Origin: Malacoraja senta
Taxonomy: Eukaryota
Assembly: GCA_038087875.1 (NCBI GenBank)
Contig: CM075978.1
Coordinates: 78,616,001-78,680,000, forward strand
DNA length: 64,000 bases
Direction: 5' to 3'
Shown one piece after another: positions 25,510 through 38,874 of this stretch. The translations under genes were made by a program, and so were the position numbers. The notes under the pieces are model-generated. The model had not been told where the DNA came from. It worked only from the letters and a program-made list of their open reading frames with translations, and did not search any database. Position 1 is the stretch's first letter. The number at the start of each line of letters is the position of its first letter.

Positions 25510-27699
25510 CTAACAAAAAAAAATTGCGAACGTTAACACTAACCGTATTGATTATTGAAATATACAAATACCAACAAATTGTGATATTCAAATCGCATCA
25601 ACAAATACAGAAAAGTTGAAAAATTTAAAAAATTTGAAATCAAGATATTTGTATACTTTTCTTAATTTTTATAGAGCAAACCATCGTCTTTAATCTTTGG
25701 GTCCTGAGAAATACTGTTGTGCAATCTGCCAGGCTGAGTTATACAAATACAGGCAGAATTTGCCAAGTTTTCTCCAGCCTTATTTTTTGATTGATGTTTA
25801 CCCATGACACAGCAAGATTGGATTTGCACTCATTTGGTGGGAGGTACTCACTGAAATACTATTTAAAAGCAGTACCTGAGCATTGCACTTAATGCACTGC
25901 AAGAAGGCATGCTATGTCCTGATTTACTTTGTGGTTACTTTACTGAATGTCAAAAATGTACCTGAAAAAATCATCTTAAAAACAACACATTCCATTGCCA
26001 TATCAAAATACAACAAAACTGCTCAAAGCACACATACACAGTTATTAAAGTAGAACTACACACTTCACTGCTGACCACACTCCCCATTATCTCAACATTT
26101 ATTCATTCAATCTGCTTAAACTAACATAGGACTACCAGCTGCAATAGTTGAATTACAGCAATTGTTTACAGTACTAGAAGTTAACTTTGTGTTGCAGAAT
26201 AAGATAGCCAACAGCAGTCACCCGGTACAACAAACCAAAGACTCAACGGATGGAAGCTCCTCCCTGTGTGCATTGAGATGCTCAGGTCATCATCCCTGCT
26301 GTAATAAAGGATGTTATGGACAAAGTTCTACTAGACCTTGATGATGTCCCCTTTCCTCAGAGCAATGAATATTATGTCTATGTTTATGTCTCTGCCAGGC
26401 ATCCTTCCAAAGGTACCATGCATTCACCATCATCATACCCTTTTCATTTTCATTATTGCAAGAAACCAAACAATGCATGAGAACATTATTTCACAGAAAA
26501 GGAGCACAGTATGTTATTGCATCAATGCATACATGCATTGTGAATATTGAACAGGTATGATTAGAGGCACGCCTTTCCTTTGGAAACACACTTGCCAAAG
26601 AAAACTGCAGTTAGGCCAGTGATTGGGAAGCGTATGCCCACATCCTAGTGGACAAGAACAGATCTTAGTTATACTTTAGGGGACCTGGAGAAGGATAGAT
26701 GGGATGGTGTATCAGGGGAGGCTCCTGTGGATATTGAAGAACTAGCCATATAGTCAGCCTGCCTGAAAGACACATAAAAGATCAAAAGGAGAACATCTCC
26801 ATCATCTTGTGGGACCAGTCAAGAAGAAGTAAATATCTGAGTACAAATCAATATTGACATTTCTGCAGTCTAACAGCTAATGCAACAATTTCTGCCTCCA
26901 TTGATGCATGGGTAATGAGACTTTGTGTCTTAGTAGACCATCAAGCAACATAAATCAGAGCCTGCATACTGGTAAACTGGATGCAAACTGTTAATGTTTA
27001 GGAGTCAAAAACTACTGCTTGGAGTTTGGGGAGTGCAGACAGATTGTGGTCAGGGAAGCTGACTTCTGGACTCCGAAGGAAAAGAAATGCTAAGAGGTCT
27101 CCCCTCAGTTATCAAATGTTCACTCAACAAATCTTCACCACACCAGAGTCTTACTTAATTTAATTTGGCACTTAAATTCTTCATTAATAAAACAAAGGAC
27201 AGGGAACATTTTAGGGGATGGTCATTCAAATACTGATCGGTGAAAACCAGTTACATTTAACAGACTTTTTGATCAGGCTGATAAGAAGAAATCTGTGAAA
27301 TATACAAGTTATTTAAAATTAAAAAATATATTCTACTGAGCATTTGCACTCTTCCTTCTGGCAAAAATGTTCATGAATGAATAACTTGCAATTTTTAACT
27401 TGCAAACCATAGTAATTTGCTTTTGTTTTACCGCATCCTTACTGAAAGATGATTCAGTAGCTTCTGACTTCTTACCCCACAGGGCAACTGGAAATACCCA
27501 ATGAAAATTAAGATTGCACTGTAGCTTTTGCTATATGAAAATTTGCAAATCAAAAGGCACTTTGGAAACGTAACGCCTTCATTAATTAGAAACCTGTATT
27601 GCTACCAGGGGAGCAGTACTGATGCTGTGGAGAATTTGTATGAGTATGTATTGGTCTGGAAGCACTGATGACAGCCCTGTGCATTAGGTTATACCATAT

Positions 27700-28500
27700 A
27701 TGCATCCAATTGATAACCACTGTTTGTGGTTGTGTGCCTTGACCATTTATAGGTGCTGGCACTGAAAGACAGCATATTTCAATCATCCTGGCTACAATCA
27801 ATTGGTTTATGATTCTTAGGTAGCTTCTCAGGTTCCATGATGAATTTGCCATTAAGGCGATAGGTTCTTGATGGACGGTGCTTCCAATGCCTTAGATTGC
27901 TCCTAATGTATGTATGCCAAGTCCTCAATGCTGTATTAAATGATCTTTCTACATTTTCAGCAGTCATGGACCAAGGATTCCAGCAAGTTGGTGGATGGTG
28001 GGGTTGTTACGCCTTCACATGGAGGCTTTGAGGACATTTTGCTATGAAGGAGCAAAATAAAATATCTCTTTTAAGAATAAAAAACGCTGGAGTAACTCAG
28101 CAGGTCAGGCAGTATCTCAGGAGAGCATGACGTTTCAGGCCGTGATGTCAGATTAGGGAGTATGACAAAGCATCATGACCTAAAACATCACCTATTCATG
28201 TTCTCCAGAGATGCTGCCTGACCCGTTGAGTTACTCCAGCACTGGATGTCTTTTCTTTGTAAACATGCATCTGCAGTTACTTGTATCTCTATTTACTTTG
28301 GTAGTTTGGTTTTGGGCTTGCAACAGGCAGGGTATGTTGATTTGGCCTGAATGTTGAGGATGCTGGCCTTGGAGAGGATATTAAAGCTGCTATTGGATTT
28401 GGGGAATTTTGCAGATAGCATTGGTAGTATTTCTCTAGCATGTGAGATTCCACAGAAGATTCATCCTTGTTTCAGAGGCTTACAGAAGGAAGCATGGATC
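27700..28500 (-). pseudogene. Possible highly decayed Harbinger/PIF transposase remnant
   Basis: Loose resemblance of SAKFPKS..ILSKASI and ERSFNTAL...MEPEKL..IVA to the HARBI1-like C-terminal region; weak. Confidence 0.25.
28080..28291. mobile_element. Fold-back (hairpin) form of the PLE-derived module
   Basis: GCTGGAGTAACTCAGCAGGTCAGGCAG is inverted relative to CTGCCTGACCCGTTGAGTTACTCCAGC; decayed hammerhead remnants lie in the loop. Confidence 0.75.
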
Positions 28501-29239
28501 ACTGTTGGCCTGTAGACAAGAGCTTAGCACTGGGTTTGAGGCCTTGATTTCAAACAGTACAGTACAGGAACAGACACTTTGGCCCACAATGTCCATGCCA
28601 AATTCGATGCCGTTAAACTGATCTCTTTGCCTGCATGTGATTCATATACCTCCTACATAAATTCTCAGAAAAACCACTATTGTATTTGCCTCCACCACTA
28701 CCCCTGCCAGCACCTTTTAGGCACCCACCACTCTGTGTAAAAAAAAACTTGTCCCATAATGAAGGATATTGGAAACAATCCATGTTTTCTAGGGCCTCAT
28801 CATGAAGCTAATGCAGCTTGGAATATTTGAAAAGTGTTAGGACAATAGCACAACCTTGCTTGACACAAGTGAAGATTTTGATTCTATATGGTGGCATAAT
28901 AGCCAGCAAACCAATATGATGTCAGTCATGTATACAGCATTGTCAGTTTCTTGAAACCATAAGTTTCCTTTGATTTTCATCATAGATTCATGGAAAATGT
29001 GCAACCCATGAGGACTTTTAACCCAGTTTAATTGTGGTAATTTAAAAAGTTACCAAAGTAATCCCATCCTCCAGCATGAGAGCCTCAGCCCTGCAAATCA
29101 AAACTCTCAAGTGTACATGCAAATATGTGAAAATATGTCTAGGATTACTGCTTCTCCAGATGCATTGTACACTGTCGGAGAAATTATTAACATTTCTCTA
29201 ATAGAGTCAGAGTAACTTTCCTTAATTTCTCTAAATAGG

Positions 29240-30120
29240 GTCACTTCGGCCCAATTTGCCTATGCCAACCAACATGCCTCATCTACAGTAGTCCCGCCTG
29301 CCTGCGTTTGGCCCATATCCTTCTAAACCTATCCTATCCATGTACATGTCCAAATGTCTTTTTAAACACTGTGATAATACCTGCCTCAATACCTCCTCTG
29401 GCAGCTCGTTCCATATACTTACCACCCTTTCTGTAAATAAGTTGCCCCTCAGGTTCCTATTAAATCTCAATCTCTCTCTATATTTCAGACCCTCGAGTCT
29501 TGGCAACAGCCTCATAATTCTTCCCTGCACCCTTTCCAGCTTAACAACATCTTTCCTCTTGTACAACTGTAACAACACCTTCCAACATCTGTACTCAATT
29601 GTCTGACCAATGAAGGCAAATGTGCTGAAAGCATTCTTGACCTATTTACGCGTCACTCCACTTCCAAGGAAGTATGTACTTGCACTCCTCTACCCCTCTG
29701 CTCTACAATACTCCCCAAAGCCCTGCCATCCACTGTGTTGGTCCTGCCCTGGTTAGACTTCCCAAATGCAACACCTCACACTTATCTGTATTAAACACCG
29801 TTAACCATTCCTCAGCCCACCTGCCCAGTCCAAGATCCTACTGCAATTTTTGACAACCATCTTCACTCTCTGTAATACCACTCACTTTAGTGTCATCTGC
29901 AAACTTACTAATCATGCCATGTACATTCTCATCCAAATTACTGATATAGATCACAAACAGCAACGCGCTGAGTATCGAACCCTGAGGCATATCACTAGTC
30001 ACAGTCCTCCAATCCGAATAACAACCTTGTGCCATCACCCTCTGCGTCCTTCCATGAAGCCAATTTTCTATAGTCAGCTAGCTCTCCTTGGATCGCATAC
30101 GATCCCTTATTCCTGACTAT
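29240..30120 (-). mobile_element. Decayed CR1 LINE 3' fragment
   Basis: PQGSIL, ISKFADDTK, LERVQ, WNELPEEV. Confidence 0.9.
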
Positions 30121-30374
30121 CCCTAATCAGCCTCTGTCTATCTAAATGCATGTACATCTTATCCTTTGGATTCTGAATTGGAAAGAAATGCCTCAAATAT
30201 AACCTCTCATTAAACCTTCAAGTAGCTCCCAATCATGCAAATCCATTGGCCTTTTTCCACTTACTGGTCTCTACTGAAGGAGACAAACCCTTGGATGAAT
30301 AGAAGAGGTTAATGTAGTGTGTGGCTAATTAAGTAGTGCCCAACACCAAGGGCCTCAGACAATTCTTGATTATA

Positions 30375-30506
30375 CAGGTGTCAGAGGTTATGGGGTGAAG
30401 GCAGGAGAATGGGGTCAGGAGGGAGAGATAGATCAGCCATGATTAAATGGTGGCGTAGACTTGATGGGCCAAATGGCCTAACTACTGCTATTCCTTATGA
30501 CCTTAT
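30375..30506 (+). mobile_element. CR1 3' terminal fragment
   Basis: GGTTATGGGG..AAGGCAGGA...GATCAGCCATGAT...GGCCTA 3' UTR. Confidence 0.75.
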
Positions 30507-30852
30507 GTCAATAGTGAATTTCCCAAAGCTGAACCATCTGACCAAAATGGAAGCCAGCACTCTATGCAGCAATGGCCGAAAGGTCCTGTAAGACACTGAC
30601 AAATTTCTAACAAATCCACAATCATATTCCTAATGCAGAAATAGGACCCAAATTCAAATTTCCAACATGCCAATGGCATCGCTCCATGCAACTACCTTAC
30701 TTGACTGGTGCCTGGTTCTATATCCAAAAGAGCCAGGTTGAATTTTTTTAAATGAGCAATATGTGTAGAATGACCATCGTATATACCAAAAAACATCTAT
30801 TGTTCTGAAACACATAGCTTTTGGCCATTCAAGTTTTGACCCAATTGTTTCA

Positions 30853-31146
<294 letters not shown>

Positions 31147-31600
31147 TTACAATTTGAAAGAGCTGAATAATCAAACTACATTTAAGAAAATATGAGACTC
31201 AAAATATGTCCATAATAAAAGCAATGATACCTTTGAAAATGTTTATCTATTTTTCATAGAAACATAGAAAATAGGTGCAGGAGGAAGCCATTCGGCCCTT
31301 CATTGTGATCATGGCTGATCGTCCCCAATCAATAACCCGTGCCTGCCTTCTCCCCATATCCCTTGATTCCACTAGCCCCTAGAGCTCTATCTAACTCTCT
31401 CTTAAATCCATCCAGTGACTTGGCCTCCACTGCCCTCTGCAGTTTCATTGCAGTTTCCCCTTTAAATATTTATAGAAACATAGAAAAATAGGTGCAGGAG
31501 TAGGACATCCGGCCCTTCAAGCCAGCACTGCCATTCAATATGATCATGGCTGATCATCTAAAATCAGTACCCCGTTCCTGCTTTTCCCCCATAATTCCTT

Positions 31601-31733
31601 GTGTAGGAAAGAACTGCAGATGCTGGTTTAAATCGAAGATAGACACAAAATGCTGGAGTAACTCAGCGGGACAGGCAGCATCTCTGGAGAGAAGGAATGG
31701 GTGACGTTTCGGGTCGAGACCCTTCTTCAGACT
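31601..31733 (-). mobile_element. ~130-nt PLE-derived module beginning at the hammerhead
   Basis: Reverse complement reads AGTCTGAAGAAGGGTCTCGACCCGAAACGTCACCCATTCC...CCTACAC, homologous to the PLE 3' end at 8858. Confidence 0.9.
31699..31733 (-). ncRNA. Minimal hammerhead ribozyme core, intact, sense to the EML6 pre-mRNA
   Basis: CUGAAGA, extra A, stem II GGGU-CUCG-ACCC, GAAA, CG, UC; predicted cleavage after GUC; stem I only 2 bp. Confidence 0.7.
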
Positions 31734-33059
31734 AAATTCCTTTAGCCCTAAGAGCTAAATCTAACTCTCTTGAAAACATCCAGTGAATTGACCTCCCCTG
31801 CCTTCTGTGGCAGAAAAATCCACAGATTCACGACCCTGGGTGAAGACGCTTTTCATCTCAGTCCAAAATGGCCTACCCCTTATTCTTAAACTGTGACCCC
31901 CTGGTTCTGGACTCCCCCAACATCGGGAACATTTTTCCTGCATCTAGCCTGTCCAATCCCTTAAGAATTTTATGAATCCCTTAAGAACTTAAAAATTCAC
32001 CATTAATCCCTTAATGGTGAATTTTTTACATATTCCGATAGAGATTTACGCCACGTAAAAAATCGCCTTATCTGAAAATTTCATGCATTATTTCTCATTA
32101 TTTATGAGAATGTTCACAAATCTCAAATAACTTAGAAAATAAACGAGATGGTTTCTCTGATGACGTCACAATGGATCTGATTGCCTGCCTATGCTCGCGC
32201 TGCGAGTGACGTCACCCCTGTTCTGTCTTCTATACATCTTGGCTTCTTAACTTTTACTTCTTTAAATTCGTCACTTTGCGTTTTTTAAACTGCTGCTCAG
32301 GTCATGCTGCGCGCTTCGCTGGGCTCCTTGAAGTTCTAGAACATGCGTCGGCGGTCGTTTTTGCCGTGCGGGTGAGGGTGCAGGGCAGCGCAATGGGAAG
32401 GTGGCCGTGATTACTCCCTCTGGGAGAGGCCGTTTATAGAGACCTGCGATTCCTTCGTCGATCGCAGGGACTCGGGGAATTGTGACGCCTTTTCCTCGCT
32501 GGTGATCCCGATCCCACCTGGCGATTTCTGGCCGTCATGGGGGACGACCTCCTCTCCGTCTCACCCGCCCGATCGTCTGTCACGCGGGTGGGTGGGCTTC
32601 CCCTCGCGGAAGCCACGATCGGTCAGCCCTCCACTGCTTTTGACCGTCCTCAGATCGCGCCCGACCACGGTCTCCCTCGAATCTCCGCCGCCCGCTCATC
32701 GTGGGCCCCGCAGCCCAGTCGCCGTGGGCCCCGGAGCACGCTCGCTCGCAGCCCGCTCGCTCCCGCCCCTTCGCCCGCCCCCTCTCCTCCCCCCCTCCCC
32801 CCCCCTTGCAAAATGATTTATCCTCAATTCTCCTCTGGTTCTCTTACCAATTACAATGAACTACTTTCCTCTGGTTATTCCCACATTTTCCTTGTTAATT
32901 AAATTCCTTTGGAATCTCGTCCATGAAATGTATGATGTTTCAGAGTGGGGTAAAAAGAAAGGGGTGAGGAGAGGAAAGTGCTGGGCATAAAGCAAGGGAA
33001 AAGAAAAGCAGCGACTGGGACAAGGAAGGACCCTGGTTGTTTGTAATATATGCAAAAGC

Positions 33060-33960
33060 TTTGGATGTGCAAGTTTCAAGCATGCTCACAGATGACATGA
33101 ATTCTATCGGAGTTATTGGTGTGGAGGGCCATCTTAGGTTACAGGGTGATATCAATATGTTGGTGAAATGGCCTGAGAACTGGCAGCAGAGAAGCAATTC
33201 ATTTTGGATGCACTAATGAGGCTGGGACATGAGAGGGAGGGTTTTTGAGGAAGGAGTATTGAGGAACAGAGGGACCGAAAGACCCTTGGCCAAAAGTCCA
33301 AGCTCCTTTGAAAATAACAGCACAGGTAGACAACGTGGATAAGGTGATGTATGGGATATTGGCCTTCATTAGCTGAAGCAGTAAAAACAAGAACAGAGAA
33401 GTTATGCTCAAACCTTATAAAATATTGGATTAGGCTATGGCTGGAGTAGTGCATGCAGTTCTGTTCACCTCATTATGGGAAAGAAAGATGGTGCTGGAGA
33501 AAGTGCAGAGGAGATTCACAAGGATGCTGGTTGGCATAAAGGATTTCAGTTATGAGGAGATACTGGAGAGGTGTGGTCTGCTTTCCCTGGAATGGGGAGG
33601 TTAAGAGAGGACATGATTGAGGCATATAAAACTGAGGAAAATATATAGGGTAGATGATATGACTTGCCATATCAGGGGTAGATAAAACTAAATGACATAT
33701 ATTTAGGGTAAGGGCTAAATGATTTAAAAGGGTTACAAAGGAGAGGGGGACCTTTTTCAGCCAGAGAGTGGCAAGTATTGGAAATATACTACTTGAGAAA
33801 GTGGTGAAAGTAAAGTTGGTGGCAGCACTGAAGTGTCCAGATGAGCAATTGAATCACTAATATGTGATTTGAGCCAAATGCTGAGAGATGGGATTAATAC
33901 AGATGGATGCCCACTGGTCAATGCGGATGTAATGGGCTAAACGGCCTGTTTTCGTGCTCT
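33060..33960 (+). mobile_element. Old CR1 LINE 3' fragment
   Basis: Decayed LEYCMQFCSP and LEKVQRRFTRML peptides followed by the CR1 3' UTR. Confidence 0.8.
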
Positions 33961-34807
33961 GACCAGGCCTGAAAGGATGGGAAAGGAAAAGTTTAGTAAA
34001 GCAAAGGGTGGGAGTTGAGAAGGAAGGAGAGGAAATTATCTCTTCATATCCCTGTGTCCTTTCATTAAGAGGGAATACATTGGATGTTTGTTGGAAGTGG
34101 ATAGGCAGAATCAATACAATACCATCAACCAAGTAAAACATTTAAAAACAAGTGCATGAAGGATAATATGGTTTCAGAATTAGAATGCCAATGCTGTATT
34201 CAAAATATTTTATTTCAGCTATATTGAAAATAACTTAATTTTAGGAAGATGACTGAAACAGAAAACGAAACAGTAGAAAATAAAATGCTAAGGTGAACCT
34301 AAGTGCCAATAAATTAATTTGTGTTTGTTCAATATCAAATGCCATCACATAAAATAGTGGGTAGAATGCACAATATAGTTGTTCCTCCATTATCCTAATA
34401 CCTCCTGTTGGCAATGATTGGAAAATATACCCTAATGTACAATCTGAAGAAAGATCCTGAGCTGAAAAGTACTCTGTCCATTTCCCTCCACAGATGATGT
34501 TTGATCCGCTAAGATATTCCAGCAGCTTGCTTTTATTTCAAGATCCCAGCATCTTGCATCTCCCTAATATATTCATTCTTTGTGATGCCTACCATCTCCT
34601 TGATGAGGAGATACTGTATGAATTGACATGCAGATAGTAGGTAGATCAGCCTACATTTAAATTCACAGTCACTGCCTGCTGAGGATGGAATCCACTTGAG
34701 TATTGCTTGTGTGGTTCAAATGTATACTGGGAAGAACTCTCAATAAGAATAATCTTTTGAAGCAAATAAGCGTAACAGGCTTATTACACACCATGACCCT
34801 CTATTTA

Positions 34808-35005
<198 letters not shown>

Positions 35006-35423
35006 CTATAAGTTAAAGCAGAATATTACATTGCCACTATACAAAAATGGTTTCACAGGATAAAAATATATGAAACACTGAATATTTTGAAGGTGAAATT
35101 CCAAGACATTGTAAGATTGTACCACTTCGTTGAACTTTTCTGGGATTTGGGTTCCTACTACTTTCAAAGCTTTCCGTGATCCCTGGAAATGAAAGTCAAG
35201 TTGAGCATTTGTGGACCAAGGGGAGCATTTGGTATCTATTACCAAAGTTTCACAAATGCTTCTCAACCTTCTTAAAAAATTGACTGCAGAATTCCTCTTC
35301 CAGAATGAGAAATCTCTTTAAGGGCCTAAACTGATACCCTTAGACTTTCTGGGCCAATAGCTGCCATTCAATGTGGTGATAAACCCAACTTTACCAGACA
35401 AACAGACTGCCAATTAAAAACTA

Positions 35424-36220
35424 AAGGTCCTGTCCCACTTAGGCGATTTTTTCGACAACTGCCGGCGACCGTCATAGTCGTAGCAGGCCGCCGAAAAACT
35501 GGCAACTGGACCCCCCTATGACAATGTCTACGACAATTGTCTATGACAAGCTACAACAACCTACCATCTAGTTGCCGTCAAGCTACGGCAAGCTATGGCA
35601 AACTACCAACAACCGATTAGGAGGTCCACCTGCGACCACACCTACGATAACCTACGTCCACCGGCAACAAGCCACAACAACCTACGACCCTGTCGGCGAC
35701 AACTGAAGACAACTTAAAACAATTCAGTCGCCGGTACCTGTGAACAAGAGGAAGATGACTGAACCTTATTGCCTTCCCTCACAGTGGAAAACGTTGATTC
35801 CGCTGTGGGGGGTGTTCATGTTAAATTCTATAGTGTTGTGTTCATTTTTGTTTAATTTGTGTGGCTGCATGCTAACTCAAATTTCACTTGTAACTTGTCA
35901 CCGGTTGACGTAGGTAGTCGCCAATGGAATTCACCAAAGTCAGCACTGGCGACAACCTACGTCACCTGGCGACAACCTACGTCCTCCTGGCTACAACCTA
36001 CGACAGCACCTACGTCAGGAGAAGTCAAGCTACGCTCATTGGCGTCAAGTCCACTGTCACTGAAAATGTTTGAACATTTCAAAATCCAGCGGTGACCAGA
36101 AAAACGCTACGACTCTTTGGGCGACTGAGGAGACTACTCACGACCATACAGGTGACACCCCGGCGACCATGTAGCGACAGTGTAGTCGCCTAAAAAATCC
36201 CCCAAGTGGGACAAGCCCTT
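35424..36220. mobile_element. TIR MITE (PIF/Harbinger-like; superfamily uncertain) with internal CTACGACAA repeats and a nested retroposon tail (~35745-35890)
   Basis: TIRs AAGGTCCTGTCCCACTT and AAGTGGGACAAGCCCTT, each flanked by TA. Confidence 0.8.
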
Positions 36221-36684
36221 TATTTATTGGAATCAAACGCAAGCCCCAGATCGTTCTGCACCTGTGGATGTGTTCATATCAAGTAAAGGCAAAACTATTT
36301 CCACGCACATTGTACAACCTGTCATCCAGATGCCGAGTGTTCTTTCTCCTGCATTCTCTGAACTTAATACATCTGTAGGAATTAGTATTTTCACGTCATC
36401 TTCACCAGTCTCAACTTAAATAGTGGTCTTGAGTTAGAAATTCATTTGGTTTAAGCCTCACTCTGAATATTTGGGAACAAAGTCGAGACTGATGCTTGCT
36501 TGGAGTATGGGGAAGTGCCACACTCCCAGATGTAAAACCTTTTAAATGAAACATTAAATGATCCTTCCAAATGGTTTAGAAATATCCCATTTCTATAGAG
36601 TTATAGTACTTCTTATCCCTTGCAACATTTAACTCTCAATCAATATCACTTAAACAGATTACAAGATTGTGGATGCCTGATATA

Positions 36685-37503
36685 TATTTTTTATTATTTT
36701 TAGTACGTTGAGGGTGCAGTCAGGGGGCCTAATCTTTTTATGTGTGGGGGGTGGTGGGGGGGAAGGGGGAAACTGTTTTTCGAGTCCCTACCTGGTCGGA
36801 GGGGTTGCCTTACTCCGAGCAGCGCCTTCGACCCGTCCTCGTGGCCTACCAGCGGGGCCTGGAGCGGCGTTTCCTGAGGGGACCTGGCCAGAACCTCGGC
36901 TTCGGTGGCGGCACAGCGCTGGAGCGCTATCGCGGAGCGGGCGATGCCTTGTCTGGGTCGCCATGCTGGAACTCCGGTATGCTGGGACCGCCGACAAAAA
37001 CATCGTGGAGCGGCCAGCTGCGGGGACCGCCGATAAAAACATCGCGGGTATGTGGAGCGGCCAGCTGCGGGCAGCGGCGCTGACTTTAACATCGCGGAGC
37101 CTGGGATCTCTTGCCGAGATCGCCAGTATGTGCAGCTCCGTCCAGAGCGGCCTGTTGGCTTGGAAGCCGCGGTCTCCAGTAAGAAGGCGGCCGTTCCTGG
37201 CACCCCAAGCCGCTGAGAGGGTTCTCCCGATGCCGGAGTACCATCACCCGGCGAGAACGGCCAGGAACATCGAGCCTCCGTAGTGGTGACTGTGGAGGCC
37301 TCAATAGGCCCGACTATGGGTGGACATGGGGATGGGGACTGGACTTTGTGCCTTCCCCCACAGTGGGAACCATTGTGGGGGGATGTTTTTATGTTTAATG
37401 TTAAATTTCTTAATGCTATGTTGTATTTTTATTAGTGTGCTGCAAGGACATCAGAATTTCCCCTGAATAAGGGGATTAATAAAGTAAAAATCAATCAATC
37501 AAT
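36685..37503 (+). mobile_element. GC-rich non-autonomous retroposon with an (ATCA)n tail
   Basis: Internal ~40-nt tandem repeats (GGACCGCCGACAAAAACATCG..GGAGCGGCCAGCTGCGG); AATAAA followed by (ATCA)n; head and tail related to the 8950 element. Confidence 0.6.
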
Positions 37504-38725
37504 ATATGTACAGTTGTACATATGAACAAGCATTTGGGAGACCTGTGGGATGGATTTGCTGGCTGATACGGAGCTGCAAGAATCTTCTACCATGTGGGAT
37601 CTCAGTAGATATCTGTATTACCAACTTGCAACCTGTTCAGGTTACAAATAGTTATCTGGTCTAAACCCTACTGTAACATGGGGAGGACCTGCACTTAGTC
37701 AAGCTTCTCTGCCATTTCCAAGTCATTCCAGCAAGGTTTTGCCTTATTAAACAGTATCTCGAGATTGAATTTGACTCGACTACACTGTTCTAAGATGGCT
37801 GATCATGTCAATGTGGTATCTGAAGATTTTACCAGAGATAGGGCAGGAAGTACATTGTTGTTAGTGAAGTTAGGGTAGTTAGTGAAGTTGTGCAATTCTA
37901 TACTTTGGATACATCTAGTCACAAAGTTATCCCTAATGCTTCATGTAATTTCAAGAATGTGATAGACAGCTGGCAAAAGAAAATGACGGCATTCAAACTA
38001 TGATAGGACTGCTCCTGTACAGGGAATGAGCAACTGATTAGCATCTCTTAGGCTCCTGCACAGGGAATTTGGAATTGATTTATGTGTTGGGATTTACTGG
38101 TGAGTTGCACATGAAGAGTGGTAGCCTTTTAATATACTTTATTTATAAGGTATACAGCCACAGGGTACAGCCCCCAAATTTCCAGTGGACCCTATATTGT
38201 GGCCTTTCCCCAGAGACCATTCATTACAGCTGCACCAAGTTTCAGCAAGTCCTGCAGCACATATACTCCCTTGGAGGTTGCTTGAGGACACCTCTTTGCA
38301 TTGGAATACCAACTAGTTTCAATCAGAGCAAAGTGCATGGTTTCAATGATTTGTTGATACACTGACAAATAAAGTTATAAATGTTCCTCGTCTAAAACAA
38401 TGAGAAAAGATGTGGTTCCCATGTTATGTTAGATAACTTTAAGACCTATGAGTCATCACAAAGTACCAATGAGGTAAAGCTCCAGCTTAGTTAATTTTCA
38501 TGCCAATCACAAAATTGTATAATATCAAATGCATCTTTGTCTTTTTGGATAATATTTAATTACTTTACAAAAAACATTAATAGCAAGATACATGAAAATA
38601 TTTTTACCTACAATAGATTCTAATAAAATGATTAAAACATTTGTTGATGCCAATTGTGACAATATTAAAAGTTGTGTAATTATCAATTCAAAAAGGCAAA
38701 ATTGATGCATCGATACTGCTAATCA

Positions 38726-38860
<135 letters not shown>

Positions 38861-38874
38861 TCATTAATATCTAG

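Larger units (their letters stand above)
31255..31975 (-). mobile_element. Two tandem CR1 3'-end fragments (31255-31440, 31474-31975); the second carries the hammerhead module
   Basis: CATAGAAACATAGAAAA tails and 3' UTR similar to the 15712 copy. Confidence 0.85.

Noticed and set aside
31593-31742. AATTCCTT as a TSD around the hammerhead module
   Set aside because: The host CR1 3' end already has two similar motifs at this position (compare ATATCCCTTGATTCC near 31356), so a duplication cannot be claimed.
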